Positions 28,194-42,733 of a stretch of 64,000 nt of DNA are shown here, piece after piece; within the stretch, counting starts at the first letter, position 1; every line of letters begins with the position of its first letter. The DNA comes from Eledone cirrhosa (lineage: Eukaryota), in the NCBI GenBank assembly GCA_964016885.1, contig OZ024740.1, positions 256,618,001-256,682,000 on the forward strand, given 5' to 3'. The notes under the pieces were generated by a model that was given only the letters and a program-made list of their open reading frames with translations, did not search any database and was not told the origin of the DNA. The position numbers and the translations under genes were made by a program.

Positions 28194-28351
28194 GAAACAC
28201 ACAGATACAGTCGGCAGACCTCGCAAGGACTCTATATCTTTGATATATTGTTTTTGTTTATGCCACGAAACTACGTAGTCGAGGAATTTAGGAACAGTTT
28301 AGGTATGATACATTTTATTACTAATTATATCTAAATGTTTCTTCTCTCTTC

Positions 28352-28453
<102 letters not shown>

Positions 28454-28470
28454 TTTTTTTTTTTATATAT

Positions 28471-29111
28471 ATATCTGGTAGGGAATGTTGAGAAGCCAGA
28501 GGGGATCACTAATGTAGGCGGGAAGCCGCTGGAATTGGTTGAGGACTTCCTGTATTTGGGAGCAAAGATTGGGAATACGGAAGATGATGTGATTGAGAGG
28601 AAGAGCAAGGCCTGGGCGGCGTGTCACAGCTTGAGTTCGGTGTGGAAGTCGGACCTTCGTAGAGACCTGAAAATCCGCCTCTTCATTGCTGTAGTGGAGT
28701 CTGTGCTGCTGTATGGGTCTGAGACTTGGACACTGACCAAGAGACTCACTCAGATGGTGGATGGGTGCTACACGAGAATGCTGAGGATGGCTCTGAACAT
28801 TAATCAGTATACACTGAGGATGAAAAACTCAGAGCTGTATGGGAGCATCCCAAAAGTCAGCTCAAAAGTGACACAGAGGAGACTGAGGTTGGCTGGACAT
28901 GCTCACCGACATCCAGAGTTGACATTGCACTCAGTGCTCCTTTGGGAGCCCCTACATGGACACACTAGAAGAGGAAGACCAAGGTTAACGTATGTTGATG
29001 CCCTAAGGACAGACACTGGTCTGTTGGAGATGCAGGATATGGCAGCGATAATGAGGGACAGAGACCGCTGGAGAGAACTCGTCCATGGATCTCGGGAATT
29101 TTACCCGCCTT

Positions 29112-29115
<4 letters not shown>
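28471..29115 (+). mobile_element. RTE 3' fragment with open frame (5'-truncated)
   Basis: Highly similar to 20158-20800 without its frameshift and stop; (TA)n flanks. Confidence 0.92.
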
Positions 29116-29149
<34 letters not shown>

Positions 29150-29348
29150 CTTGTTTAGTTTGTTCGTTTTTTCGGCTACGGCAGCTGTTGACCTCACAAC
29201 CACTGTTTTCATTTTGTCTGGCCTTTATAACGCATGTTAATTGCTCTGGTTTCTTCATAGTCCATTGAGCGCTTGCCGACGTATCTCGAAGATCGCGTTT
29301 CGTTTTGTTTTGGCCACTGCCGAAATACGATCCTGCTGAAATTATATT

Positions 29349-29410
<62 letters not shown>

Positions 29411-29631
29411 AAATCTGTACCACATTCTAACATTAAATATCCGTAGCATAATATCATTTTTGAAACTTTTGCGCTTCAAATATTATATATATATATTTAT
29501 AAAATCAGAATGTCGACTTAAAAACTCTCATTAATCCGCAACATTCAAATAAGCTCAAGGAACAAATTCCGAGTTCTTTATAAAACAATAAGGAGAGAAA
29601 TACGCATAAATATAGATGTTCAATTATAGGG

Positions 29632-29724
<93 letters not shown>

Positions 29725-29948
29725 GCGTGTGTGTGTATGTATGTATATATTTAATTATATACATATTGCATGTATATATGTATATTATCAGTTAATTAAC
29801 AGACGTAATCTTATGAGATAAACATTTTAAAGAAAGAAATTTGAATCAGTTAATGAATCACTGATAGATTAACTTAATTATTTAACTAAACTTACTTAGA
29901 TAATTAGGAGTGCTGTTTCTCTATCTCTCTCCCGTTCATCTGTAGCGT

Positions 29949-30023
<75 letters not shown>

Positions 30024-30617
30024 AAGGGGGCGTATGTATACCTATTGCTGTAAATGTGCGTGTTCTATGTATGTAAGTTGTAATTAATTCTCAATGTTAC
30101 ACACCTATTACACAACGATATGATATGTGCGTGTATGTTAGAAGGTCGAATTTGCGGTGTCGTTGGAACGTTGGCTATTTGTTTAGTGTCTGTACGTTCA
30201 GATTTCAAATCCCACCAAGGTCCACTTTGTCTTTCTTTCGATTGGGATCTAGAAAGAAAGTGCCAACCTAGTACTGGAGCTGTCTTGTTTCATTCTAGCT
30301 ACTGCATGAAGTCAGTGTCAGGGGGCAGTTTGTGTCTGCTCCTCACCGTTTGGTACATTCCACCATATAATACTCAATTGTGATTTATTAATTAATACAT
30401 TATATTATAACATATCATTATGTCATAATAATTGTTTCTAACTTAGGTACAAGGGGAGAAGATGTTGTGTGGAGGGAAATCGATTAAATCGATCCCAGTA
30501 CTCGATTGTAATGATGAAAAGCAAAGATGACATTGGAAAGATTTGGATTCAGAACTTGAAAACCAGAACACGCGAGAGAGGGGGGGGGGGGGGGTCAGAG
30601 AAAGTATATATATATAA

Positions 30618-31060
30618 CTAGCAGCATGACCCGGCGTTGCAAGGGGTAGGAAACGTGAAATAGCAACACGCAAATGCAAAGATTGAGGAATGTAGCTGTG
30701 TACTTTTTGAATTCCCTTATTCTCAGGGAATGATTGTTCATCTACTGGAAACGTAGAACACCAACAGGCCGAATCCAGTAGTAGCAATGTCAGTGGGGCG
30801 ATGTATGTTGTGAGTCTGTTGCCGAATTACGTCACGGATGGGGAACACATGTCAGTCTGAAGGAGCGACGTAGTCAATTGTGTGAAGACCAAGTAGGGAT
30901 GTAAGTAGGGCCCTAGGGCAGAAAAAGTTAAAATTAAAAAATCTTCAAGAAATATAAGTAACGCATGTGTAAAGTTTGAAAAAAATCGGTCCTGTACTTC
31001 TCGAGTTTTAGGGATTTACACAAGCAGACAGTCTGACATCCTCTGTTTTATATATATGGA
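30618..31060 (-). mobile_element. non-autonomous Helitron (Lep1-like)
   Basis: Minus strand starts TC(CATATATATAAAAC) and ends ...GCAACGCCGGGTCATGCTGCTAG with a GC-rich subterminal segment; inserted between A and T; no TSD. Confidence 0.7.
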
Positions 31061-31580
31061 TAAATCCAGTAGTTCTGAAGGAATTTATTATTTAGATGCT
31101 GTGTACTTAGCCTCATACTATAGCCTGGGTTTGTTTATCTAAATCCAATTCATATGGATTTCACCTTGGATGAATAGGTTCGTTCTATTTGCTGATTGTC
31201 GAGCTGTATTGAGCTTGAACTTTCTGGGTACAACATCCAACCAATTACCATTGTGATATATATATAAAACGATAACTTGTTGTCCCATATATAGTTTAAA
31301 GAGGCAACAAACAGAAGTACAAAAAGTTTTATTAGTTTCACGCTTTATATTGAAAAGAGGAGAGTTGGACGTGTCGGGCTTAAGCCCTTCTTCAGGAGTA
31401 CAAATAAAGACAGGATCAAACTGAATAAACAGAAAGAATATCCAGTAAAGACAAAAAAAAAAATGAAAAGGGAAAACAAAAAGGCCGTTAGGTCTATATA
31501 TAATTAGAATTAAACCAGTATTAATCTAGTAAGACTATTAATCAACAGAGTTCTCGCTACATGGAATAGCAGGGTGTGAC

Positions 31581-31703
31581 TATATTAGAAAGAGCCGGGG
31601 AACGACGGCTGAGCTCCTGCCATTTTGACACCTAATTACAGTCTGAAATTAGCTGTCGAAACGGCAGGAGCTAGGCCGTCGGGCCCCGCCTCTTTCTAAT
31701 ATA
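31581..31703. mobile_element. hairpin MITE-like element (~55-bp imperfect TIRs)
   Basis: TATATTAGAAAGAGCCGGGG...AATT mirrors AATT...CCCCGCCTCTTTCTAATATA; TA at the ends; related half-copy at 26066-26105. Confidence 0.7.
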
Positions 31704-31717
31704 TATATGTATATATA

Positions 31718-31778
<61 letters not shown>

Positions 31779-31898
31779 GGAGAGAGAAGAGAGATACATA
31801 TTATCCACTTATGTATGAATATATTCATGTATGTATATATATGCATATCAGTACCTATATCCACGTGTGTGTATGTTTCAGCAAGGATAAATAAATAA

Positions 31899-31954
<56 letters not shown>

Positions 31955-32784
31955 CTCATACCCTTGTGTTTAGAGGAAGATATGGATTTTTTTCACACTA
32001 ATTGTCAAACCATTAGATAAAAAACAACAGTTTTCATTTTTCTATTTCCTGCTAATTTAAATATTCTAACAGGAAGTAGATTTAACAACGTCATGCCTGG
32101 TTCCAAGATGTCTATCTTGCGTCAGCCATTTTGATAACTGACGTGGTAGAAAATATAATGACGAATGCTATACAAAGTACCTTAAAATTGTTTTCTCAGC
32201 AGAGAAAAGCAAAACCTACAAAAAAAAAAATTGTTTATAAAGGGCACTGTTTGTCTAACTGTCGGTTACCCACGTGGCAGCAATGATGAAAAACAACGGC
32301 ACCGACAACAAACTGTTTTAAATTGGTCAGTTAATTCCTCTTGGTTTCGTCGCTTTCATTCACAGTTTCATATTCAACTTGTACACGAGCTTATAGTGTA
32401 GTTGCCCTATATATCTACAGGACATTCTCTAATACGCCACATATGGCAATATAATCAAAATAATATCGAAAACTGGAAAGTTCATAACATCCTAACCGAA
32501 GGGAATATTGAAGATCGTAAGTGAGCTTGACAATATGTTTGGACAGTTTTGTGAAATGTAAATATTCTGTGTCCAGTCATTATAACTACGTTATCATTTA
32601 GCATGTTCCGGGACGTATTAGCCATGGCCTTTTAGGTATTTCGGTTGCCCTCTTACACTTTATTTGTTCAGCCCTCTCTAGTCCTTGTGGTGTCACTACC
32701 ATCCTGTCTAGTCAGTCATATGAATATTACAAGGTTGGGCGTATTTAGCTAACAAAGTGGCATGTTTCCCCAGCTTTAAGTAGG

Positions 32785-33030
32785 AATTGGCAGAAGCGTT
32801 AGAGCGCCGAACGGATTGCTTTATACTAATATGTTCTAGATACTTGCAATCTGAGTTCAAATCCTGTCGAGGTCAAATTTGACTTTCATCCTTCTGGGTT
32901 CATAAAATGTATCAGTCTAGAGAATCAGTAAAGGGCCGGACAAAATGCTTTGCGGTTATTTTTTCCGGTGCCTACCTGACTTAAAATACTGCTGAGGTCA
33001 ACTTCGGATTCAGCCTTGTGAGGTTAATAA
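32785..33030 (+). mobile_element. degenerate tRNA-derived SINE copies
   Basis: TTGGCAGAAGCGTTAG, GAGTTCAAATCC, GACTTTCATCCTTCTGGG. Confidence 0.6.
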
Positions 33031-33149
33031 TATCTTGTGGTATTAGATCATGTTTTTGCTTTCCCAGTTCAACTTCCACCGTGCATTTTTTGGATAGTCG
33101 ACGTAACTCCTTGGATGCCAACTGTAAAAAGTTACTAGATATATATTAC

Positions 33150-33530
33150 GGACGTTTAAATTGATTAGATACAAATAAAATATATATAAAAGAGCTAATC
33201 TTGTACATCCTGTCATGCTGAATCTCCGTGAGAATTACGTTAAAAGAGCACGTATCTATAGAATGTTCATCCGCTTGCGTATTGATTTCCTGAACAGGTT
33301 ATTCCGTTGATCGTAAAACGTACTAGATAACCCCCATAGTCTGTTATGGCTTATTAGCTCTATAAGGACCTTTAAATTGATTAAGTATAAATAAAAAGGG
33401 CCAGTTTTGTCCCACACTGTTTCAAGCTGAATCTCCCTGCGAATAACGTTAGAAGTGCACGTGTTTATAGTAAGTTATTCCGTTGATCGAACAACTGCAA
33501 CATTCGTCATCGAAACCGAAAATGAATGGC
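33150..33530 (+). mobile_element. two tandem degenerate fragments of a second SINE-like family
   Basis: GCTGAATCTCC...TACGTTA...TTATTCCGTTGATCG occurs twice. Confidence 0.55.
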
Positions 33531-33777
33531 ATCAGTGACTTATCCGGTAATTTTTAAAGTGAATTTGTCTAGCTACATTTGAAGGTTAAAATATCTCTTT
33601 CATCTGCTTCGGGATAATATTGAATGGAGCAGGGCCACGAGGTAAAAATAGAGGTGGTGTATGGTTGTTAGGTAATGCGAGCGCGATGTGCCTATCTATG
33701 TATATGTATCTCTCTATCTATGTATTTTTCTGTGATACAGGATGAATATTTCCTCACACACACACTCTCTCTCTCGC

Positions 33778-33895
<118 letters not shown>

Positions 33896-34462
33896 TATAT
33901 ACATATATATACTCTTTTTCACACTCACACACTCAATACACACTATACACACAGCACTCACACACAGGGTATAGAGACGTAGTGCTATGCCTCAGTTCCC
34001 ACGTTAGATGCTCCGGTTGTTATGTAAAACCACTAAGATATCTCTCCCCCTATCACCATCTTTGATCAATTCTGAAGGACAAATTCTCACCTTCACGTCT
34101 CTACAAGTAAACTACTTGATGGCAAATTGGAATAAATGAACAATAAATTAATATTGCAAGACGTCGAATAGAAATGCTTTGTGATATTTCTAAGGTCTGT
34201 GTTGAAATCCCTCCGAGACTCACTTCACAGAGTCAATAAAATAAAGGAGTCAATAAAATAAAGTACCAGTAACGCACTGGGGTCAACTTAATCGACTTGC
34301 CCCTCTCCAAAGATCTTTGGCCTTGCACCTAAATCAGAAACCATTACTCATACTGGCACTTTCCGCTCTGAATTCTAATCCGTCGAGAACAACTTTGTCT
34401 TTCGTCATTTCTAGGTCAACAACTAATGTACCAGGTCAATACTGGGTCAATTCTCCTCCTTA

Positions 34463-34539
<77 letters not shown>

Positions 34540-34541
<2 letters not shown>

Positions 34542-35040
34542 AAAGAGATAGGCTCCGCGTAGTTGCAAATGCCACAAATAAGTAGGTCCGTAGCGTCCAA
34601 CAGTGTCGCCACGCGTTGGACGAACGGACCGGTTAAAGTGGTCTGGTTTGGTCCGGCCTCCAGGTGGGAGAAAAAAAACTACGGAGTAGTGACGAACAGG
34701 GAGGCCACTCTCACCGAGAAATGAACCGATTGAAGCTAGCCCTGAAAGAATGGGCAGAAGCTGCGAACGCGTACATCACTTCCGTTATCTACTAAGGCTT
34801 CCCTTTCGAGCATTATCGGATTCCTCGCTTGACCGCACTGAAATGTCTGCTCTTTCACTTTTTGTGGAAAAGACGTGTTTTCCTTGTCAGGCGATTCACT
34901 TACTATCAATATCCGTTGTATGGAGGTCTGGGCATTGGCAGACATGCACTGAGGCTATGGCATCTCTCAATTTTCTTTGACAGGGAAAATACGTGGTCAC
35001 CGTTTGCTAGACGCTTATTTCACCAACGCTGCAGTTCAAG
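34540..35040 (+). mobile_element. old Tx1-like ORF2 fragment between (CT)n and (GA)n
   Basis: Homologous to the GPVK..GVWFGP / ANAYITSVIY region of the Tx1 elements at 44000-44250 and 49400-49700. Confidence 0.7.
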
Positions 35041-35102
<62 letters not shown>

Positions 35103-35909
35103 ACTTGAAAACTGAAATGTGTATGTATGTATGCATGTATGTATGTACGTTTGTATGTATGTATATATGTATGTACCATTGTATGTACGTATATATGTAT
35201 GTACGTATGTATGCATGTACGTACATATGTAAGCATGTAAAAATGTATGTTGCTCGTAATATTAAGAGCTCGCATCATTAAAACGCAAATGAAGGTGTTC
35301 TCAAAAAGGTGACGTGGTCTCTAATGCTTGCAATAGAGTGAACTCTTTTAAAGGGATCCACGGGCCAACTGGTGACGTTAAATCGAGTTTCGAATGAAAG
35401 GTACCACCAAAGTTAAATGAGGTAGGATTTGAACTCAGAACACAAATATTGTGAACATAGGGAGCAATATATCTCCACTGACGACAACTCCGACTATGGA
35501 CGAAAAAAAAGAAATGTCACAGGTCACACCAATCTATGTATTGCTGACCTTTTACGGGGTTGTCTCGGGTTCTCGGTATTTCTTTTTAAAATAACGATAC
35601 CAGTTCTATCATGAAAAGCAACAGGTAATGAAATGTGCTGATCAAGAAAATAACACACCACCAGGTTTCATCTCAGCGAGATTTAATCTCTGAGGACAGA
35701 GAGTAGGAACAACGGCCATAAAACATTTTGTTCTACGCTCCAACGTCTCGGCCAATTCATTGCCGCCTTTTTTTCTCTTAACCGTAATTTCTAGCGGAGT
35801 CGTAGGGACGCAATGTTCACATACGGCGTTTCTTGTGTTGTTTGTGAAACCTGGTAGAACCAATTTCCACATCTGATCTGAAAACAGCCGATTTCATCCA
35901 GACCAGTAG

Positions 35910-36265
35910 TGATAGAGGGGAAGTGGGAAAGGGATAGAGAGGAAGTATCAACTCCTTTACTTGACTGGTAGTTTGTTATCGACCTCGCAAGGATGAAAGA
36001 TAAAGTTGACATTGGTCAGATTTGAACAGAGAGAAATGCGAGCCGGAACAAATACTACTCAGCAGTCTAAAAGGTATAATATAATTGTTTCTACTTTAGG
36101 CACGAGGCCAGCAATTATCCCAGTGCATTACTGATACTTTATTTTATCGACCCCGTAAGGATGAAAGGCAAAGCTAACCTCGGCGGGATTTGAAATCAGA
36201 ATGGAAAGAGCCGTAACTCTATGCGCCAAAGCATGGCGTCCGATCTTCTACCGATACTGCCAACC
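35910..36265 (-). mobile_element. two adjacent tRNA-derived SINE copies
   Basis: ATCGACC..GTAAGGATGAAAG core twice; A box at ~36250-36262. Confidence 0.75.
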
Positions 36266-36902
36266 AGTTCATTACTGGTGCAGATACTTCTCCATCTTTC
36301 TCACTTTTCTTCCTTCTCTCTCTCCCTATATATATATATATATAGTCTGCATTATAAGTGTCCCGACTCCTTACAATCTCCACCTCTCTCTCTCTCTCCC
36401 CCCTCTCTCTCTGTATATATATTCATCTTTTTTCTTTAATTGTTTCACACTGAACTACGAAACCGACTGATGTCCATTACTGAGGAATACTCAGCCACAT
36501 AGCCAGAAGAATTCAATTGCTTAAACAAATGATTGATCCACGTCGAAATCTACGTGAAATCCGCCACCATTGTGTTATTTGTTATCTTCTTTGTGTATGT
36601 GTGTGTGTGTGTGTGTATCAATGTGATTGTGATGATTGTGTGATTGTCTGTATATAAGTTTGGTTTGCGTGTGTGTGTATGATTGTGAGTGTATATGATT
36701 GTGATAGTAAATTTGTGTGTGTATATGATTGTGATAGTGAGTTTGTGTGATTGTCTGTATATATGTTTCGTTTGTGCGTGCGTGTTGTGTATGTGTTTTG
36801 AGTATACGTGTAAGAATGAGTGTGTGTATGTGTGCGTTGTGTATGTGTATAAGAATGCGAATGTGTGTATATGTGCGTGTGCGTGTGTGCGTGTGTGCGT
36901 GC

Positions 36903-36973
<71 letters not shown>

Positions 36974-37903
36974 TTTGTCCTCTGTTCAACAGAAGACAAG
37001 GAGACAAGAAGTGAGGAGACAAAGGTCTCAGAATAAGAAGTCTTTCACACAAAATACTGGAAGATTAAAACGTGAAGGAGGAAAAACTTTTTTCTTTTTC
37101 TTCTGCAACGAAAGAAGGAAAAATTGTTCTAAGAAAAAAAATCCTGAAAACAACAGCAACAACAAAATTAGAACAAAGAACACTGGTGGTGTATGAAGTG
37201 GTGGTGGCTGGGGGCCTGATTGTAACGGTGGTGTGGCACCGTGTTTGGTATAAAAACGACAAACAAAATAATAATACACATATACGACTTTATAATGAAT
37301 GTTGATTTTTGTTTGTGTGTATTTGTTTTTTGCGAGAGAAGAGGTTGAAGGAATTTTTTTTCTGTTGTGTTTTAATGAAGAGAAAGAAAGTTAGGAATAA
37401 ATTAATTATTGTTAATCAGATAGTAATAGAAGCCACGCCCCATTCACAGGCTCCGACTCCGCCTACTTTATTTGTATACAAATGCGAGCAGAAAACACTA
37501 CATTGAATTAGAACTGAACAGTGTGCGCGTGGAGTGGATGGGATAAGAAAGGGGGTGGCAGTGGGAAAAGAAACGAGTGGTTTAGTATTATGGTAAAAAT
37601 GCAAATGTCTCTTCACCGTCTTCGCGGATGACTATCATAATTTTTCGATCGACTGATCTCACTGCCTACTCATTGAGGTATAACGTGTCTAGGTAATCCT
37701 AGGTAATCATCATGACACAATGTATAACAATACTGGCTGTTTTGAATTGAATGTACAGCCCGTTTTGTAATATGGTGTAAGTTGTTGAGTATTCCAACGA
37801 TATGCATACCCTTATCGTAATTCGCAGGCAAAATCAACATGGCCAAATGTTTGACAAGACCGGTCCTTTGGAATTTCAAGCACAGTCCATTTTGTGATAT
37901 AAT

Positions 37904-38100
37904 TGTTTCTACTTTAGGCACAAGGCCAGCAATTACCAGTGCATTACTGGTACTTTATTTTATCGACCCCGTAAGGATGAAAGGCAAAGTCAACCTCGGC
38001 GGGATTTGAACTCAGATGGTAAAGGGACGTAACTATGCTGGAAAGCATGGCGTCCGACCCTCTACCGATACTGCCAATCCACCGCCCTTGCCAATCCACC
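37904..38100 (-). mobile_element. young tRNA-derived SINE with perfect 17-bp TSD
   Basis: CCATTTTGTGATATAAT at 37887-37903 and 38101-38117; intact A/B boxes; duplicated 5' GGTGGATTGGCA. Confidence 0.9.
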
Positions 38101-38437
38101 CCATTTTGTGATATAATGTAAGTGACTGAGTGATCCACAAGCAAACATTAATTCTCAGGCAGATTCAGTACTACACTAACTTGACAAGGATGGCCTTTTG
38201 ACACGGTTCATTGACAAAGCTGGTTCTTTGAAATACAATTGGTGATGTCCAGGCAGAGCAGCTATTTCTCCGAATTGAGAAATCACAGCTCCGATACTTA
38301 GGGCATAGGGTAAGAATGTCTTAGGAAGGAGGCGCAGGACAGATTTTACGGGCAAAACCAGCTGGCAACACACCCAGGCAAGATGTTTGGATAATATCCA
38401 TAGGCTAGGGAAGTTTCGCTTGTGAATCCTGTCATAT

Positions 38438-38438
38438 C

Positions 38439-38497
<59 letters not shown>

Positions 38498-41400
38498 GAA
38501 GAAGAAGAAGAAGAAGAATGGTTTCATATTGGGGACACTACAATAGACGGGTACAGTGGGGGTTTTAGACAAAAATCGAGTAAAATATAGGAAAACAATA
38601 ACAATAAACAAGAAAAAATTAACAATGAAAATTCCCGAATAAGGGGAATAACCACCCAGGGTTGACTCAGGTACCCCACCAATCCTGAACCACCCGACGC
38701 TTCGAGGGCAACCCAAGGAGGTCACTCCTATCCTCCTCAAATTCACCAGCCTACAGGCGCATGATCAGAGTAGGCCCACTCACACGGACCATTCTCGCCA
38801 CATTCACCCACCTTTCACCAAATACTGGGGGGGGGGGCACTTCTCTCTCCACACTCACCTTCCTTTCCAAGTGAAATTGGAAAAGGTTGATGAGGGATTG
38901 GTTGAAGAGAAAAGTGTCTGATTTCAGTCTTTTCAATCATACAACCTCTGTCGCTACTACCACCAGAGAGGGGAAAATTGCCTGACCTTCCTGGCCAAAA
39001 GAAGGCGGTGGGTCGATCTTCACTATGGACTCGGCCGATAGCCGGATCCGTTCTACACGTGACAACAGCTATTCGACATAACTCCACAAGTCAGTAAGCT
39101 GTGCATTGCAGCGATCCACCTTCTGAAGACGGGGCCGAAACCAACTGACTTGAGGACATCTACAGGTACCGAGAGTCGACCCTATCGAATGCTTTCGATT
39201 GATCTAAATTGATCAGAGCTCCACCGAAGTCTTGTTTACACCCAACCCTATCTATGATGTAACGCATGAGGTTTTCGAGTATGGACCTGGCCGGGATTGC
39301 GCAAGTTTGCTCCTCCCCAACAAAATCTTCGACGACAAGCGCAAAGCTCTTCTCTAACAACTTCGCCAAAATCTTAAAGTCTGTGTAGAACAGAATTATG
39401 GACCTGAAGTTGTCTAATGTATCCCTCTTGTTCTCGTCTTTCCTTATCAGCGTCACTACACCCCGTCTCACAGAACTGGGAATACTCCCGTTCTGCTGCC
39501 AGATGCAGTAGAGTGCTTCGAGGAGATCAGAGAACAAGTCTGGCATATTTACGTAAAGCTCGTAGGCAGACAATCAAACCGGGTCGCTTGCGCCTCGTGC
39601 AGCCGAGAAGGGCATCCTGAATTTCGGCAGATATAATCGGCCTTTCGCAGGACTCAGCGTCGGCTGTCGAGAGACGCGGCAAGCCGTCGAGGTAGGGACT
39701 GAAATTCGCGACCATCTCTGTCCCGCACTTCCCCCGAACAACCGAGGAAAGTGCTGGCGAAAGGCTTCACATATCCGCCGGGAATCGCTCAGCTCGTGTC
39801 CATCTCGGTCCGTCAAAGACCGAATTGTGGTTTTATTACCACGCTGCATCTCAGCCACGCGGGCCCAATGAACGACTTTGGTTCCCTCGTTTCACAGAGC
39901 ACGCGCCTTAGCTTAGCTCTGGCAATGCAATCTTCGTGTTTCGCATTGAAGAAATGGTCTAATGCCATTCTCACCCGTCAGTTGCCAATGCTACTACAAA
40001 TAGCTTCGTCTAACTTATATACTAGTCCCCCCCCCCTCCATTTTGTTTTTTTCTAAAGTTACTTCTTTGCTAAACCCTATCGAAATTACTCTAATCTCTC
40101 ATTTGAGAGCACCTTACAACCTGTTGTTGACGACCCACCCTCTGTGACAACTTTTGCTTAACTAAATGTTGACCCGGTCCCTGTAAGCCTTATGTGCCGG
40201 AAACGACATGTTCAGCTTCCAGTAACCTGGTTCTAACCTTCGCGTCTTATCTAGGTCGACCATACAGATCACAAACTTGTGATCTGAATAGGCGACCGTT
40301 TAAAAACGTGGACAGCTTACACTATTTCTATCTAGTCAGTACCTCCTAAACACCACTGCCACCTACCTCCCATTCCCGGCTGACTAATAGATGCGAAGAC
40401 GTGAGAGTCGTCGAAAATGAGGGTTAGTGCGCGCGTGTCGGAAATCCTGGTTTCGCTGACAGCAATTACATCCATTTCTAGAGACCTGAGTTGTTAAGCA
40501 GGCGACCCCAGGCCACGAACATTTAAATATTCTACTCTTAATATGGCCATGTTGGCAGGCAAAAGGAGAGAAGAAAGTTTTACTTACCTCCCGGAATCTT
40601 GTGGAGGTCGGGTGGTTTGACATCTATGGTTGGTGGTGTCCCCATTGGGAACCCCTTTAGGAGCCTACTCGTGGCTTTTCCATTAAGGATCTCCCTAATA
40701 TTTTTATAAATTTGTATTGGCATCCGCACCATTCGCAGTGTTTGGGGTACTTCGAGGGTGCAGGTGCCAAACATTTCTCGCTCTTTCTCATTGTCATTAC
40801 TTCGTGTTACGAGTTGTTTGTTGGCCCTCCTTAGTAACACAAAGTTGGGTGTATCAGTCGTTGTTGGTGCCTGCGTGTGTTTTTTTTTTGTTTTGGATGA
40901 CTTGTGCTTGTGCCGGTGTTGTTGTGGGTGTGTTTTGTGTGTTTGTTGGTGTGTGGAGCTGGATTTTTCTTTTTCCTTTTGTGCTTTCTTTTTTGCTTTT
41001 TAGGTTTTGGGGTTCCCCCTCATCTTCACTCGTAGAAGTGGAGGAACTGATGTCTGGGGACTCTGTGTCAGAGGGCAGTGGGAGTGCGTTTACGGGTGTG
41101 TGCGTTTTTCCCTGTGTGTATGTTTGAAAGAGGTAGGGAGGGAGAGCTTGTTTGAGCGATAACCTGGGTGGATTTAAATGTCCTTAATGGCGTTGTTTCC
41201 TTTTGTTGTTGCTGCTGGTGTTGTGCCTCCTACCGACAGCGGTGTTGGCAGCAACGGAGGTTTGCGGCCTCCTGTAGTTTTCAATTGGAGGCAAAAGGCT
41301 CTAAGGTGTGTGGCTTCACCACGCACGAAACATTGCGGCCGTTTGCCCTCTGTGACTACCTGGATTTCGTACCCGTCCGGTAATTTGATGTGGTCCGGTA

Positions 41401-42733
41401 TGTTTTTTTATGTCTTCAGGTTTGATTTGGAGAAAAATCTCCAAACCACTCCCGGATCACCTCTCTTTCTTTGTGAATTAAACCTCGAGGATGGTACCAG
41501 CGCCCTCTACCGCCACGCATGCCAGGAGCTACCATAAATCCAGTCCTGTTGGAATCCTTGGAGCACGCGCCCTTACTCATCTCCTCCCCATCTTGGACTA
41601 ATACAAAATGATTTGGTCAGAATTCATTATAGCAAGGTCCTCAGTTTTGAAAAGCACCAAGATGCTCCCAAATTGTCTGGCCCTTGTTATTAATGCATTT
41701 CAGTGCTGCCTCTACCTGTCCTTTGGAAGCATTCTCGGCTTTTCGTGTTTTGATCGAAATGCATCGATATTTTAGTGTTCTCCTCTACTTTGCTGTCATT
41801 ACCTCTGCCGGGATGTTCAAATTGGCCCGGCTTTTCTCCTTTGTAATATTTTTTTCCCGCTTGGTCCAAACGTTCCTTTTTTTTTCTTTGTAGGATCAAA
41901 ATCGTACATCGTTTGGCTTTTTGCTTCTGTGGCCACGAAAGTACTCCATTTGTTGATGCTGTTGTTATTGTCGTTCTTTTTATTGTTGATATTTTGCTGA
42001 TTTTTGTTGACTATATTGTTGTTGGTGTTGTCGTCGTTCTTCTTACTGTTGTTGGTGTTGTTGTCGTTGTACTTGTTGGTGATGTTTCTGTTATCGCCTT
42101 TGTAGTTGGTTATATATTTGGTGCCGCAGTTGTTGTTCTCGGTGCAGTTGGTGTTGGTGCTGTTGGTGTTTATGTTCTTGTTAGTGGTGTTAATTTCGTT
42201 GTTGTTTTTGTTGTCATTATTTCTGTTCTCTGTCTCATGGTTGTCGCTGTTACTGCTGTGGTTGGTGTTGCCATTCTTTTAAAGGTTATTGTTCTCACTG
42301 TTGCTGTAGTTGATCATGCTGTTTGTGGTGGTGTTGCTAAATATGTTTGTAGTATAAATTATTGTGTTTGCCTTATCCCTGCTCTCAGCGTTAAAGCCGC
42401 TGTCAGATGACAGCAGACTTAAAGATGGGGGGCGTGGCTCAGCAATGTTTTTTTTTTCGAGAAATATATAAGGGCGGTGCCCCAGCATGGCCTCAGCCGG
42501 ATGGCTGAAACAGGTAAAAGAGTAAAAGAGTATATATATATATATATATTTTCCACAAAGTTGAAATATTTGGCCCAAAAGGCCCAAATACTATACAGTC
42601 ACCCCTTCACAGGGCAAAGACGGAAGTCTTAAGACCCTTTTCAAAGAATGCAACAATTATTATAAATGAAAATAAACTGAAAATTTACCACTTTTGCGGA
42701 GCTCCAAATAGACGTCTACATAGTCTGACAGTC
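38438..42733 (-). mobile_element. Tx1/L1-clade LINE A (decayed, internally deleted), (TTA)n tail
   Basis: ORF1 remnant with RPQCFVRGEATHLRAFC; ORF2 remnants (LNVRGLG, SDHKFV, LDQSKAFDRVD, ERWVNVARM); tail at 38438-38519. Confidence 0.85.

Noticed and set aside
28215-28286. Hammerhead-like GAAAC TACGTA GTC with CCTC/GAGG stem (similar half-motif GAAAC GATC GTA at 16818)
   Set aside because: No CUGANGA box; at most a decayed remnant
31360-31400. Minus-strand CTGAAGA-AGGGCTTAAGCCC-GACAC-GTC
   Set aside because: GAAA core is mutated and stem I is absent; likely a dead pLTR ribozyme, not called as a feature
31955-32400. Possible mariner-type non-autonomous element
   Set aside because: Could not identify a matching pair of TIRs
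36445-36570. Minus-strand ATG ORF with an early TAG that A-to-I editing could recode
   Set aside because: Only about 41 codons even with read-through; no homology or editing evidence
41913-42410. Hydrophobic plus-strand ORFs (also 46622, 51437, 52678)
   Set aside because: Antisense shadows of Thr/Asn/Pro-rich Tx1 ORF1 regions
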